A model generated the notes under the pieces. The model saw only the letters and a program-made list of their open reading frames with translations. It had not been told where the DNA came from and searched no databases. A stretch of DNA of 58,119 nucleotides, the filler included, from Callorhinchus milii (lineage: Eukaryota), in assembly GCF_018977255.1 (NCBI RefSeq). It is 2 parts of 2 records of this genome, joined end to end, with 100 filler letters (N's around TTAATTAATTAA, not from the genome) between each part and the next. Parts side by side here need not be neighbours in the genome. Positions count along the whole stretch, not along the records: positions 1 to 29,012 come from NW_024705659.1; positions 29,113 to 58,119 come from NW_024705660.1. One strand, 5' to 3'. This document shows, one piece after another, positions 22,601-35,400 of this stretch. The first letter of the stretch is position 1. The number at the start of each line of letters is the position of its first letter. A program made the translations under genes and the position numbers.

Positions 22601-25600
22601 ATCGAGAGACGGTCTGTCCACCACCGCCTTAGAAAGGTGGAACTTCCACCACAGGCTCAGAGCTGTCATTGGGGATGAGCAGTGCGCAACGCTCGTTTGG
22701 CACCCTTGACAAATGATGCGGGTGAGGCTGCCATGAACACTCGTCCAAATTGATCGTTTCCATGGTGGGTGTCAGGTTTTCTTTCGGCCGAAACCTTGGT
22801 GTTTACTCTGCATCATATTGTGCAATTTGTTCACTTCCTCTACTGGCCTAATGTAGTTAGCCTCTTCTAAAGTTACATTTATCTAAATATATTTATTATT
22901 CAGGTGCAATGCATACTTTTTACTAAACCATTTTCACATTTTACTGTATTAATTTATTGTAATTTTTTTTTCAAGATTTATTAAACTTTCATGTTAAAAA
23001 AATATTGCTTTTTATTTCTCTTGATGTAATCTAGGGCACCGTTGAAAAAGAGGCCGTGATGTGGCGTGCGCGTCAATGGGTGTCGGTTACATAGAGGAAG
23101 CGAGAATGCACAGGATGACCATTTTTGAGCTTATCATCGAGAGACGCTGGAGCGAAGATGTGCTGAGCCAACCCCGACTGAATTCAACTTTCAACCTTCC
23201 GAACGCGAGCCAAGCAACATGATCACAGCATCGCCCTGCCAGATTAAAGATTCAAGAATCCATGGACTTCAAAAGTAAAAACATAAACTATTAAAAATCA
23301 TAATCTATGCCAAGGAAAAGTATAAATAATTAATCATTATACTTTCAAATATTTATTAAACACTATGCTCAGTGAATGCAACATCTTTAAAGCAGTTGAG
23401 TTGTTGGGCGGCTTGGTGAAGGAGACATTCATTCATTAGCGAGGAAGTCACGCAACTTCCCTGGCGCAGTTCAAAGTGCCATTGACTTGGCAATGCCAGC
23501 AGCTGGCGCGTCGCTAGCGCCGTGGTGACGCGCCTGCGTATGTCGCACGAGGATGCACACGAGCGGCTCATCATCACAACCCCACAAAAGGCTCTTCAGA
23601 ATTCTCTCTGATGCTGTTAGCGGGGTCTTTTGCTCGCTCGCTGACACAGCACCTCTCCCTGGGTGTCTGTACTGCTGATTCCCCCCCAACTCCGAGTCCA
23701 GGCTCAAGTCCTCCTTCCCTGCTGTTGATTTGTTACATTCTTTGCACTTCCAAATCCACCCAAGCCATCGTTCACTCTGTTCTCCCCCACGGGTATGTTG
23801 ACTGTGGACGTTATTGCAGCACGGTTCAGCATCTGCGAGGGGACACAGTAGTTCAGATGGCTGTGCACGGTGCCTTTGTGTGCACTTGGGTTCGCTTTCT
23901 AGCCACGGCTAACATGTAATCGTCTGCTGTTGTTTTAGCCAAAAAACGCGACCCTGAAGTTGACCCACGCGAGAGACGCACGCAGATGCCTCCTCCGCGC
24001 TCACCGTGTGACATCACAACGGGCTCTGAGGGTAACCCGGCCCAAAGCGGGAACCCTTTCGGGAAAACGAGCCCCACGGCCCAAGCTAGGGTGAGCCACC
24101 CGGTCCAGTTACGGCTCACCAGGCCAGGCTGCCATGGGAATATCTGCTGAGTCCATTTGCCGAGTTTGTGAAGCGGGCAGCTCTGGTTTCAACTGTTCAT
24201 GTAAATGCGGCCCAAGAATCTATTCTACAACTGAGACCGTCAGATCTTCACAGCACCCATCCTGTGATTGTCTATCTGAAGACACCTCGCTTTATTTGTA
24301 TGTATGCCACCATGACTACAAGTGCAATTAAGTGTAATTCAGTGTAGAATAAATGGACTTCTCTTCCACCTCATCACATGAAATTAAAATAGTTTAGTCC
24401 ATCAGCCTATGGGTTTTTCCACACCAATATAATCCAGCAGCACATTGACCTGTTTTGACCTTGGGGTCTCATTAACCAAACATTTTTACAGGCGAGGGTA
24501 CTAGAGCAGGGGTGGGGAACCTTTTTTCTGCCAAGGGCCATTTGGATATATATAACATCATTCGCGGGCCATACAAAGTTATCAACTTAAAAATTAGCCC
24601 GTTATATTTGGTCAAACATTTAATTAACTCACCCCTAATGTGATGGCTGGAACTGCTGCTCTTTGGCGAGGCGTGTATGTTAGCTGCTGTTGACGATGTT
24701 GCTACTCGCAACTGCTTTTCCAGGTTTGCTCCGAGATTTATTGAATTTCGAGTCCTGCCTGCGGTTGCCTTGGCAGGGCCAGACGAAATGATTATGCGGG
24801 CCTTATACGGCCCGCAGGCCGGACGTTCCCCACCCCTGGTCTAGAGCATGGGGCATAGTCATTTCAAAGAGCAATGAGGGATAATGCAGCAGTAAACGCT
24901 ACTGGTGGAGAGCTCTTTTGGTGAGACGTGGAGATCGTGGTACTCACTTGCCCATCCCAAAGCACTCTAAGCGCAGCTTCTGTCCCACCAAGACGTCCAT
25001 TGTAGGCGGTGGCCGCACCTCGAGACGCACGGCCAGTCTGCTCCCCACCGCTGTACGACAATCGCATCGACAAAGCAGTCCGACATTAGCAGCACACGCA
25101 GCAGAAACGGCACACACACAGCAGCACATGCAGCGCCCGTAGCAGCGCCCGCAGCAACAGCAGCAGCACAAGCAGCAGCACACGCAGCAGCACAAGCAGC
25201 AGCAGCACAAGCAGCAGCACACACACAGCAGCACAAGCAGCAGCACAAGCAGCAGCACAGCAGCGCCCGCAGCACACACAGCAGCACAAGCAGCAGCACA
25301 CGCAGCAGCAGCACAAGCACACACACAGCAGCACACACAGCAGCACGCACAAGCAGCAGCACAAGCAGCAGTAGCACAGCAGCAGCAGCACACACACAGC
25401 AGCACAAGCAGCAGCACATGCAGCAGCAGCACACACACAGCAGCACACACACAGCAGCACAAGCAGCAGCAGCGCCACTGCTATTTGCCGCGTGAGGTGG
25501 CGCTGCAAACACCAAACGTGAAGAGCGGTCAAAATGAGAAAAGTCCCCAGGTGCAGAAAGAGCACAGAAGCCAACCAATCAGCACCTCCGACCAGCACGG

Positions 25601-26508
25601 TTGGCCACGTACGGTGCAAAAGAAGTTCAACATACATACTTACACAAACCTCAAGTTCAAGCTGCAACCAAATTAGCCAACTAGATATGGACCGACCCAT
25701 AGCCGCACCCATGTTGCTATTGTATTGTTTGTTGCGCTAATATGGTGCTCAAAGCGGAACCCTGTATCGTGGGATTGGTGGAGATCGTAATGCGACTCAC
25801 AAAGTGCACAATGTGACACTTCCACACTGCCGGTCTGCGAGAAGGCCAGGAGATGGCAGTACAAGTTGGTTTCTGATCTCTTTGTGCAGCACGTGTTTTC
25901 GTACTATCCCCCTGCACGCGAGGGTTTTCTCCAGGTACCGCTGTGGTTGCTTTTCAGACGCAAGGCACTTGTTTAAAAAGGAAATAACCACGTGGCCTGA
26001 CCCAAACACAATATGGATCACTGTATTGGCTAGGAAACCCCATTTTTATGGTGCATATCTTATCCATTCCTTTCCAATGTATTTATACTCCTGAGAGCAG
26101 ATTTTGTACTTACTGGTTGTTATTATTCTTTCCGATGCAACTATATACTATATTTGATTATTTTAATAATTTAGGTATTGACACAGAGCGCTTTAAGGCG
26201 ACCCTTTTCATGAGAGGCGCTAAACAAAACGAAAGGTTTATTGATGGAGCCGCGGGTAAATAGTAACCAGGCCTCACAGTCCTTCTTGAGCTGCAAGCTG
26301 ATGAAGGAGCTGTTGACCGTCTTGTTGAGCACGGGGCCCATCTGGCGGTGCAGGAGGCAGCTGTAGCGCCCCACGTCGCGCTGCTTCACGTGCGAGAAGT
26401 ACAGGTTCCCCGTCGTCTGGGACACGAAGCGTCGCGAGTCCAGGCGGACGGGCGCTGGCGCCGCGGAGCCGTTGGTGTCCTCCTCAAAGAGCCACTGGAA
26501 CTTGACCC
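16385..26508 (-). CDS. Contactin-like (CNTN2/TAG-1-like) Ig-superfamily gene: Ig2 (3' half) to Ig4 plus a novel terminal exon; 5' exons not found in window
   Basis: In-frame GT-AG exons: 26508-26278 (FQWLF..RRFVSQTTGNLYFSHV..DVGRYSC), 25050-24948 (VGQKLRLECFGMG), 20895-20732 (NPVPNITW..DNGTYRCNANNKLG), 20317-20181 (DLYWSCNATGTPTPLYQWLRNG), 18817-18682 (SDEGMYQCVASNEHGEIYSSAQLRVL), then probably 16662-16385. Motifs match contactin Ig2-Ig4; no indels in these exons. Confidence 0.88.
17780..18631. repeat. 26-bp minisatellite (acctgcagtgtgtaactttacaggtg) bounded by a 13-bp inverted repeat
   Basis: About 31 near-identical units, no spacers; cctgctacaagtt (17780-17792) / aacttgtagcagg (18619-18631). 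Confidence 0.9.
24507..24838. mobile_element. hAT (Charlie-like) MITE
   Basis: TIRs CAGGGGTGGGGAAC / GTTCCCCACCCCTG; 8-bp flanks tactagag / gtctagag (6/8, TCTAGA-type target). Confidence 0.75.
25090..25472. repeat. CAG/CAC-rich low-complexity tract (intronic)
   Basis: (cagcagcacaag)n-like; source of the spurious Cys/Ala-rich ORFs. Confidence 0.85.
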
Positions 26509-28749
26509 CTGGGCGAGGCAAACGGTTACAATCGTCAGCGAGCGTTCGGTTTCCGCGTCACGCTTACAACGCAACGCAACCGCGAGGCGCTATGCTTCCC
26601 AGACGGCACAGTCTGCAGTAGTTCTGGGGTCGAGGGAAATGGTGCGGTGTGGTTTTTACCCAATCGAGTAATTTGTGAGTACTTTTCAAACTTGGACAGT
26701 GACGCTGGCGCACATTTGCCTCCTCTGTTTTGAGTAACATGGCAAGGTTTATTCACTGTCCACAGTGAAGCAGGCTGGTGCAGTGGTAATGCTCGTGCCT
26801 CATAGCAAGAAGGGCTTGTGTTCAAATCCCGACTCGGGTGTGACTCTACGGAGGGTTTGTAAGTTCCCCCACTGTCCTGCGTGGGTTCTCCAGTTTCCTC
26901 GCAGATAAATAAAATGGTACCTGGTATTGGCCAAACAGCCCAATGCTGAAAAGGTACTTGTGAATTACTCATTTGGGATCACACAGCAGCAACAGAAATA
27001 CAACAAAATACTATAAACTAAACGATTGTTTTTATTTTACCATGTAAGGCCCATCGAGTCCTTTTTCAAAAGCAACCTGGCCACGAATGACAGCCCAATG
27101 AAGTGGATAATCATCACGTGGAAATATATAGCAGCCAAATACTCTAAATGTGGAACGAAAAAACGGAGAGAACACGCAAACTACAAATATACAGGTGTCA
27201 GGGTTTGGATCGAACCCACGACCTCCTGTATACCAGGTGAGGTAGCTAACATCTCACCACAGCATCACTCCGACTGATAAAACTTGGAAGGACCCAACTG
27301 AAAAAGTCTTGAGACTTAGTGAGGCCTTCCTGGCTAAATAGACATAATAATAATAATAAATACAACAGCAGTATTAACCAGGGTGGCTACGGGGCTCGGA
27401 CTACTACTTGGCCGTGTCACCACCCACAGAGTTCCACTCCCCATTATGACTGCTGTATCGGTGTCGATGAGCAATAGTAGCGTTCAAAGGCAAATGTCTC
27501 TGAGCTCATGAGAGCAATTGGAATGCAATCATCTCCGCTGGTGGTCCTGAAACGGTGGCATAAAATTCACACTCCCATGGCAGAGTTTTTTTAATAGAAA
27601 TCTAAAATGCTTTCTGGAACACATTACCTTCAAAGCTGTTTTTTTGTACTCTGCAGGAAAATCCGCGAAACCTAATATGTGCCTCCACATGTTCTGCCAT
27701 GTTCCATAATTCAATGTAAATTCGGCTGAATTCTCTTTTGCATGAATTTACATGAACTGACTTGGCGTCTGCATTACGCTGAGAAACTAAGCCGACCAAA
27801 TCAGATTTCAAAAAGCCCTTTTCATTCCGAACCATCTAATATTTGCCGATAACAGTCATTATAACATCCAATGGATATTAACTCTGCAGGATATGTTAAA
27901 ATAACTAAATAAAGAGGCTGGAAAGTTGGAGACAGGATAAATATGAGCAAAACAAAAGTTACTTTAAAACATATTGCTAAACAATGGGAGATGTCTAGAA
28001 ATATACACATAGCCACCAGGCAGCGGTGACTGTGCCTGTGGCCGCCTGTCATCCAGCGCTCTGGCGATGGCAGCGAGGGTTGGTAGACCACCACACAAAT
28101 GTTAGGAAACTCCCTTCCCCTGTGCGTTAAGGTGGCACACCATATTCTGGCTTGTCAGCAGGTGGTACAGCAAAAATGTGGTCTCTACCTGTTCCGTCTG
28201 TATGTTTCAGTTTTCAGTTTCATTTATTTGGTATAGCCCTGTGAGCCATTCGGCTCTTGAATCGGGTGCAACCGCAACAAACAAAAACATGGACAAGAAA
28301 CATCTTAAAGTGACTACGTGCAAACATGTGATAGCGCGTTGCCCCCCGCACACAGCGGTTTTCTCCAGATGCTCCGGTTTCCTCCCACGTGCATGAACAC
28401 TCATGAAATGGAAGAAAACATCTTTCTATATAGAGGACCGCAGAGCTTGAGCTCTTGTTGGCACCGGCTCACCGCCTGGCTGCTTCACCGCTCGCCTGTG
28501 GTTCCTCCTCGAGTCTCCGAGTTGTTCTCTCTCCGTGAGTGCGAGCGATTGCTGTGTGGCGGTATGTTGCAAGTTGACATTACTACGATGAGTTTGTCTA
28601 CCAGGACAGCTATTGCAGGTGGACCAGAATTAAAATGATGAAAATAGGCAGACAAGAGGAGGTTAGATTTCTTTGAATATCTGTATCTTGATAATAAACA
28701 AGCAGAATACCAACGTATATGGCTCAGAAACAGCGTGGTCAATAATAAC

Positions 28750-29000
28750 ACAAGAAAACTAAAACTTCAAAGTGCAAAACGCAGCATAGAGAGATGCACG
28801 CTTGGAATTACCCCGAGGCACCGAAAGAGGCACACGTGGAGAGAGAGAGAGAGAACACACGCAGTGTGAAAGACACAATTCTAACCGTCAAAAAAGCAAG
28901 CGGACTTGGGCAGGACGTGTCGCTGTACAGCACGAGTAGAGGCGGAGTGGCAGCCACGGGTGCTAGCGCGTCGGGGAGGACATCCGCTGGGAAGCGATGA
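28750..29000 (+). mobile_element. Degenerate RTE-clade LINE 3' fragment
   Basis: Translates with frameshifts to LQSAKRSIERCTLGITPRHRK..VKDTILTVKKSKRTWAGRVA, resembling the RTE ORF2 C-terminal motif (QRAMER..GI..DR..WAGHVAR). Confidence 0.5.
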
Positions 29001-29012
29001 AATCAGCTCTCA

Positions 29013-29112
29013 NNNNNNNNNNNNNNNNNNNNNNNNNNNNNNNNNNNNNNNNNNNNTTAATTAATTAANNNNNNNNNNNNNNNNNNNNNNNNNNNNNNNN
29101 NNNNNNNNNNNN
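29013..29112. other. Artificial contig-joining linker N44-TTAATTAATTAA-N44
   Basis: Exactly 100 nt; the core gives stops in all six frames; splits the window into two near-equal halves. Confidence 0.95.
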
Positions 29113-29426
29113 GGGGCGGTCTCACAGGCGCAGCGGTCGCGAGGTTCGTGGCTTCTTGTCATTGCACCTGAAGTACCAACCAACCAGAGACAGCACACAT
29201 GCACTCTCCCACACACTTCACAATCAAGTTTATTTCACAAGTTAAGCCCATTGAGCTAATGAGCTTTTTAAGGGTGTCTCAGCCAGCAGACAGAGCATTC
29301 CACAATTACAGATTTAAGAAAACCAAACACTTAATAAAACAATTATTTCGTAAAATAATGCTCACACTTCTTACATGTTGTGATTTTCAAAATATAGTCA
29401 GTCTAAATGATTGTAATTTGGTGCAG

Positions 29427-32400
29427 GTCCAGCATGAGCACCTCCACTACCGCTATGAGGTGCTGAAGAAGATTGGGGAAGGAGGTCAAGGCCAGGTGAT
29501 CCGGTGCCTTGACCACATGAGGAACACCCTGGTGGCCGTGAAGATCTTGGTATCACCATTGAGGTAAGAATTCAGAGCGGTGTTGTCACAAGGACGACGT
29601 TGTTGTTCAGTCCTTTGCTGTGGGCGGCCGTGTGATGAGGTGGTGACAACTCGTGCCTCACAGAGGGTCCCCGGTTCGACTCCTGACTCGGGTGCCCTCC
29701 TGTGTGGAGTTTGTATGTTCTCCCCCTGTTCTGGATCAGTTCACTCTTACATTACATTAATTCTTCATTTCACCTGGTAGATGCATTCCTGAAAAGTGCC
29801 GCGTTAAGGGAAAGCACATTAAGCAAACATAATATCCCCATATATAATGTAACGATAAAGTTTTGCAAGATATAATACACGCACACAGTGATATGAAGAG
29901 ACCAATAATGGAGGGTATGCTGTCACGTCACGTTATAATTCCGCATTCCGCCTACTGTATCATACCGCTCAGCCGTGCAGTTTCATAGCGGGCACATTCC
30001 ACGTTATAATGGCGCTTTCCTGCATTAGAACAGATGCATTCCGGATTATAATGGGTGCGGTCCGCGTTATAACGGGAGCCTTCCACGTTATAATGGGCAC
30101 GTTCCACGCTATAAAAGGCACGTTCCACGCAATAAAAGGCACGTTCCACGCATAAAGGCACGTTCTACGCTTTAATGAGGTTGTCCCATGTATACGGCGC
30201 GTTCATGGGACCTCCTTTGCCAGTACCAATATACTGGCAAAGGAGGTCCCATGATGTAGCTGCTCACCCCGAGCTCTCATTCCTCTGATAGTGCTCGTCT
30301 TTGTGCTGTACGCCTTTTGGCGTCCTCTGGTTTAACACCGTTTTGAGACTAGACTCAACAGAAAGCTGTCTGGTGTGGACCAATCAGTTTAAAAGACAAT
30401 GCATATATTATCAGAGTATGTTTTTTGTTTGCATACTGACCACAAGTATTGTGGTTAATTCAGACATGATTCTTGTAAAAGGTTTCAGTTTTTTTTACAT
30501 CTTAACACCTGTTTTGTTGCCAGGAAAAAGGGGAAAATCTATTCTCATATTTTGGTATTGGCAAAGGAGGTCCCATGATGTTCCACGTTATAATGCCTTG
30601 CTCTGTGAGAGCCACATTCAGTCACGAATCAGCTATGGCTCAGTCTCTAAAACTCAGGCTCAGCTCCAGCTCAGCCGTGGTTTGGCTCAGGCTTGAGCCA
30701 CTCAGCTGCTGATAAAGATACACGAGTGGCTCAGCCGTGGCTTGGCTCAGCTCCTGGAAATCCTGAGTGTGGCTGGGGCCATGCTCGGAGTCGGCTCAAT
30801 TCACACATTAGGGAATCACTACGTTAAGTCAGCACCCCAAACCCCCTCTATCCCTTGCTTATTTTATCCTCTTCCCTATCCTTTCTGGAACCTTCCATGA
30901 GCGCGCTACTGGAACTTACAATGACATTACACTTGGGGAAGGTATAATTATTTAATTCTGAATATAATTTGTTTCTGGTCATTTCTTAAGCAAGTCTAAG
31001 TCATGATTCATTTGTGGATTTTCTCTGCACAGCTCCAAGCGTGATAAATCTCAGAGAATGGAGATCAAGATGGCTCTGGAACTTCAGGGCGAGGGCCAGT
31101 GATGAGGACTACAACGTCGTCAAAGTCCTGAACCATTTTGGACTTCAGAGGACACCACTGCATTGTCCTGGAGCTGTTGAAGTACGTACCATGTGTTCCC
31201 ACCGCCCCCCCCCCCCCCTGGCGTGGTTAACTTCATTAGCTAAACAAAAACTATTTTATTTAGCAGGTAAAGCCCACTGCTCTATTAGTTATTTTTCACA
31301 AGCGGCCTGGCTACAAATGATAGCTCAAAAAAGTGGCTGATGTGGAAATGTATGGCAGCCAAACACTCTAAACACGTGTTTCTAAATGTGGAGAGAAAAA
31401 CCAGAGGACCCGGAGAAAAATCCACGTGACCAGGGGGAGAACATGCAAACTCAGAATATACATGCGTCAGGGTCAGGATCAAAGCCCCGATCTCTTCCAC
31501 ACCAGGGGGGGTGATAACATCACACCACCGGGGCTAGATGTTACTTTTGGGATTCCCGTGCCAACCTCGCATTGCGATACTGTGGAGCTGTCATGTGCCC
31601 TAGGTGCACTAGAGGCCACTCCTCTTTTCTCAATCAGTGCCGCCCACTTTTATATAGCCACGCCTCCACTCGATCAGCAGGTTGGCTGCAGCGCAGTGGT
31701 GACGCTTGTGCCCCTCGGTGAAAATCCCTGAGTTTGATTCTCAACACGGACGCCTTTCTGCGTGGAGTTTGTATCTCCTAATAGATAACTCCACCACCCG
31801 GAAACAGAGCCAATGAAAGCAAGTGGTCAGATGTGCTAGCTGATTCGGTTTATCAGCAAACCAATGACCTAAACCCACTATGACTCATATTAGTCGTGAA
31901 TGTGCAAATAGAATATTAATATTGTCGTTATCATAATCCACGCAGTATTGCAGGGTATGACACTGACACTGCGTCGTTGTTGTAATTGTTGTTGGCTTCT
32001 GCCTCTTTCACAGGGAGAGCCTCCATGATGTGATTAAGGAAGCGGGGCTCCGGCAATTGCACATGGGATGGTGAAAACTTACACCAGGGGCATCCTCAAG
32101 TTCCTTTGCCACACCAAGGCCAGGAGCATCATCCATGCGGACATCAAGCCAGTGAGTGGACACAGCATTCAGCGCGACTTTGTTCCGGAGTTGTGTCATT
32201 ATTGGGGACTCGGACCATAGAGAAAACCGCCCACGTTGGTCACAGGGTCGATGTGTTAGCTCTGTCCGTCTATCTGGAAGGAGACAGGGTCACGTTACCT
32301 CTGGTGATGATCCGGTATGAATTAAACTGTCGTGTAGAGTCGTGTCGCTATTGGGGACTCACCACAGAGAAAACCAGCAATGTAGATCACAGCGTTGCCA

Positions 32401-35400
32401 CAAACTTTGGGAAACACAAACCGGAGCTGAAAAGAATGATTTTCAAAACGTGCCAAACACGCGTTTGAACTGACAGGTGCCCATTGTCGGCTTCCATGCT
32501 GTGAATGGAAAACTTCCCAAATCGTCACTAAATCCGTGCGCCCTCGAGTGTGGTTTTTGGTTCGTAACTCGTTAACGGGCAGCTGTGAGCAACTAGGATA
32601 AGTTGTCTATAGAGCCGCACCCTTTACTTAGATGGTGCTTCAGAGAGCTTTACATGTGATGAGCCTCGACGAACATCGCTCGTCTTGACGCATTTGAAAG
32701 GGGCACCCCCAGTGGCAGCTGTCAGAAAACAGGGAATGTTGCACTTGACTAAAGGTTGACGACGGCGCTACGCCTCACCTAGTTCCCCTGTTTAGTATGT
32801 ACTGTGGTACGTGATTGATCCACTGCTGGCTGAATGCTATTGGCGTAACCTTCGAGTGTGAATTCCTTCTGCCTCTCTTGCTTTAGGAAAATGTTCTAAT
32901 CAAGGACACCGTGACCGGCACCATCAGGGTCACGGACTTTGGCACCAGCTTTTTTGTGAAACGTCAACGTGAGTAACCTCACCTGGGTGTGAGTTTCTGC
33001 GTGTGGGTGTGTCTGTGTACCAGTGTGTGTGCAAGTCTCTTAGTGTCTGTACATGTGACAGTGTGTGATAACGATGCTGTTCATGACATAGTGAGTACAC
33101 ACATACATATTTGTTGTTGTGATTGTTGTGCAGCTCTGCATGTTGGTGGGACCCTGCCATTCCAATCTCCGGAGGTATTGCTGGGCTACAGATTGACCTG
33201 TGCAGTGGACATGTGGGCACTGGGCTGCACGGTGGCGGAGTTGGTGACCGGCAGGGAATTATTCCAGTCGGACAGCCGCGACGACCACCTCCCGTGCTGC
33301 ATGGAGGTATTTCCAACTGGGCGTTCACCCAGTTGTAGGCTCTGGGGGGGGGGGGGGAGGAGAGGGGGGGGCGATTGGGTACTTAGTGACCTGGCGAATG
33401 GCAGCCATCGTATGTTGTATGTGTGTACACGTGTGTCTTGTACGTGTGGGGGAAGCAGTGGTGCAGCGGTTCACGTGCTCAGCTACAAACCCGGTAATGC
33501 GAGTTTGATTCCAAATCACGGCCAACATCAGTGAGGATTATCTGAACCGGTACTGGGCATCCCGAGTTCGACTCAGCCTCAAATGAGTACCTGGTGCGGT
33601 GTACCTGCTTCAATATGGCCAACCATCCCCTCTCTGTGTGTGCCACAGTCCTGGCCCTCAACAGGTGCCGCTACTGTTGCTGCTGTTTCTACTCACTACT
33701 ATAAGCACTTGCCCCTAGTCTGCTGCAGCTACATGGGTGACCTTTGCCTTTATCTCAACCATGTGCAGATCCTCGGGTTGCCTCCAAGATGTATGATGGA
33801 TGCAGCTCCTGACGGAATACACTACTTTGGTGAGTTGAAGGGTGGGGCGAGCAACCGACCGGATTCAGTGTTAGGGTGTGGCCTGGAGCTGTTGGGGTGG
33901 CCATTGGGGGGGGCCTCTTTGTATTTTCAATTCCTTGGGTGAGTGGGTGGGTGGGTAAATTGGTGTGTGGGAGAGTGGGTGGGTGGGTAAGTGGGCAAAG
34001 TGGTGGTTGGTGACTGTGTCTCTCCTGCTGTGCATGTCTCCTGCAGATCGTGTGGGCATGATGTTCTGCCCAGTCAAGAGAAGGGTGCCAGGGAGCTTGT
34101 CACTTCACGGGGCACTCAATAGCCAAGACCTGGAGTTTGTTGAATTCGTCAGCTCCTGCCTGCGGTAAGAATCATCCCCCTCCCCCTCCCCATGAGGATT
34201 TCCCCCACCAAGGTGATCAACGATCGCTCTCATCCGATCACCAGGAAGATTTGGAGCTGAGTGAATCTGCCGATGACCAGTACCACCGGTGTTAAGATCG
34301 CCCTCTTTGGAGGTTCATTAAAGATTCTACTCGGCAGTGCGAGGCTCAGGGCATTTTTAGAGTACTGCGTATTGAAGGATTGCCGCTGCTACCACGACCA
34401 CCGCTGCTGCCGTGCGTTCCTGGACCTCGTGGGAGAAGGGAAGGAACGTCAATGCTCTCACCACGCCTCTCTCACCATGTGCGCCGCGTGTGACCCCCGT
34501 GTGTCTCTCAACAGATGGGATCCGGATTGTCGCATGACGCCAGCGCAGGCGCTGGGTCACAGCTGGCTCCGGACCGCGGCCACCAGCACCACCAGCAACG
34601 CCACCACCACTGCTACTCCTGGCAGTGTACAGTGTTTTGGAGCTGCTGAGCGACGGTAAGCCACAATCTGCTTGTCAAATGTTCAAGACAGTCCATAGGG
34701 AGGTGTGGAGCCCGGGGCAAGTCACAATTAAACCGGAAGTATTACTAATAATACAGGTTTGTTTCGGTTAGATCGCGTAGATATACGTGTGTTGTTAAAC
34801 CCACCATCACCCAACACAGCCAATTAGTAAGGTGTATCATGTAAACAAAATGTGACAATTAGTTACTAGATCAGCACACCAGTGTGTTGGAAAGTAAACC
34901 CACCACTTTTACAATTCGAGTACGACATTTTGCCAGGGATTGCAACCAGCCTCATAAGGTGACGGCCAGAATTATGGAGAAATACTCCCGTTTCGGTCTT
35001 AAATAGTGATAAATGTGATGTCATCATTTGTGAGCCAATCTGGTACGAAAGCCTACGTGTTAAAAAGACATTACGTCTGACACCGTGACATCGAAGCACA
35101 GGGCCGCCAGAAGCACGCTGCCCGGGGCGGTTTCCCCAGTACACCGTACCCGGCTCTATATTGATTACTACTACCCTTATTTAGCCAGCATGAGCCTCAC
35201 TCAGTCTCAAGACTCTTTTTAATTAGAGTCCTGCCAAGTTGTTTGCAGTACAGAACAAATTTGCTTTTGCTACTGCTGCTATGCGATTCCTATTGAGTGA
35301 TTTGGGGGTTCAATTTCTAACACTGCCGAGGATGTCCATCCAACACTGGTTGTGTGGCGTGTCAGGGTTCGGTTACGTGGAGGAAAATGCCAAACCCCAA

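Noticed and set aside
24944..25712. Cys/Ala-rich (metallothionein- or keratin-associated-like) ORFs
   Set aside because: Intronic CAG/CAC low complexity; only 25050-24948 is a real exon.
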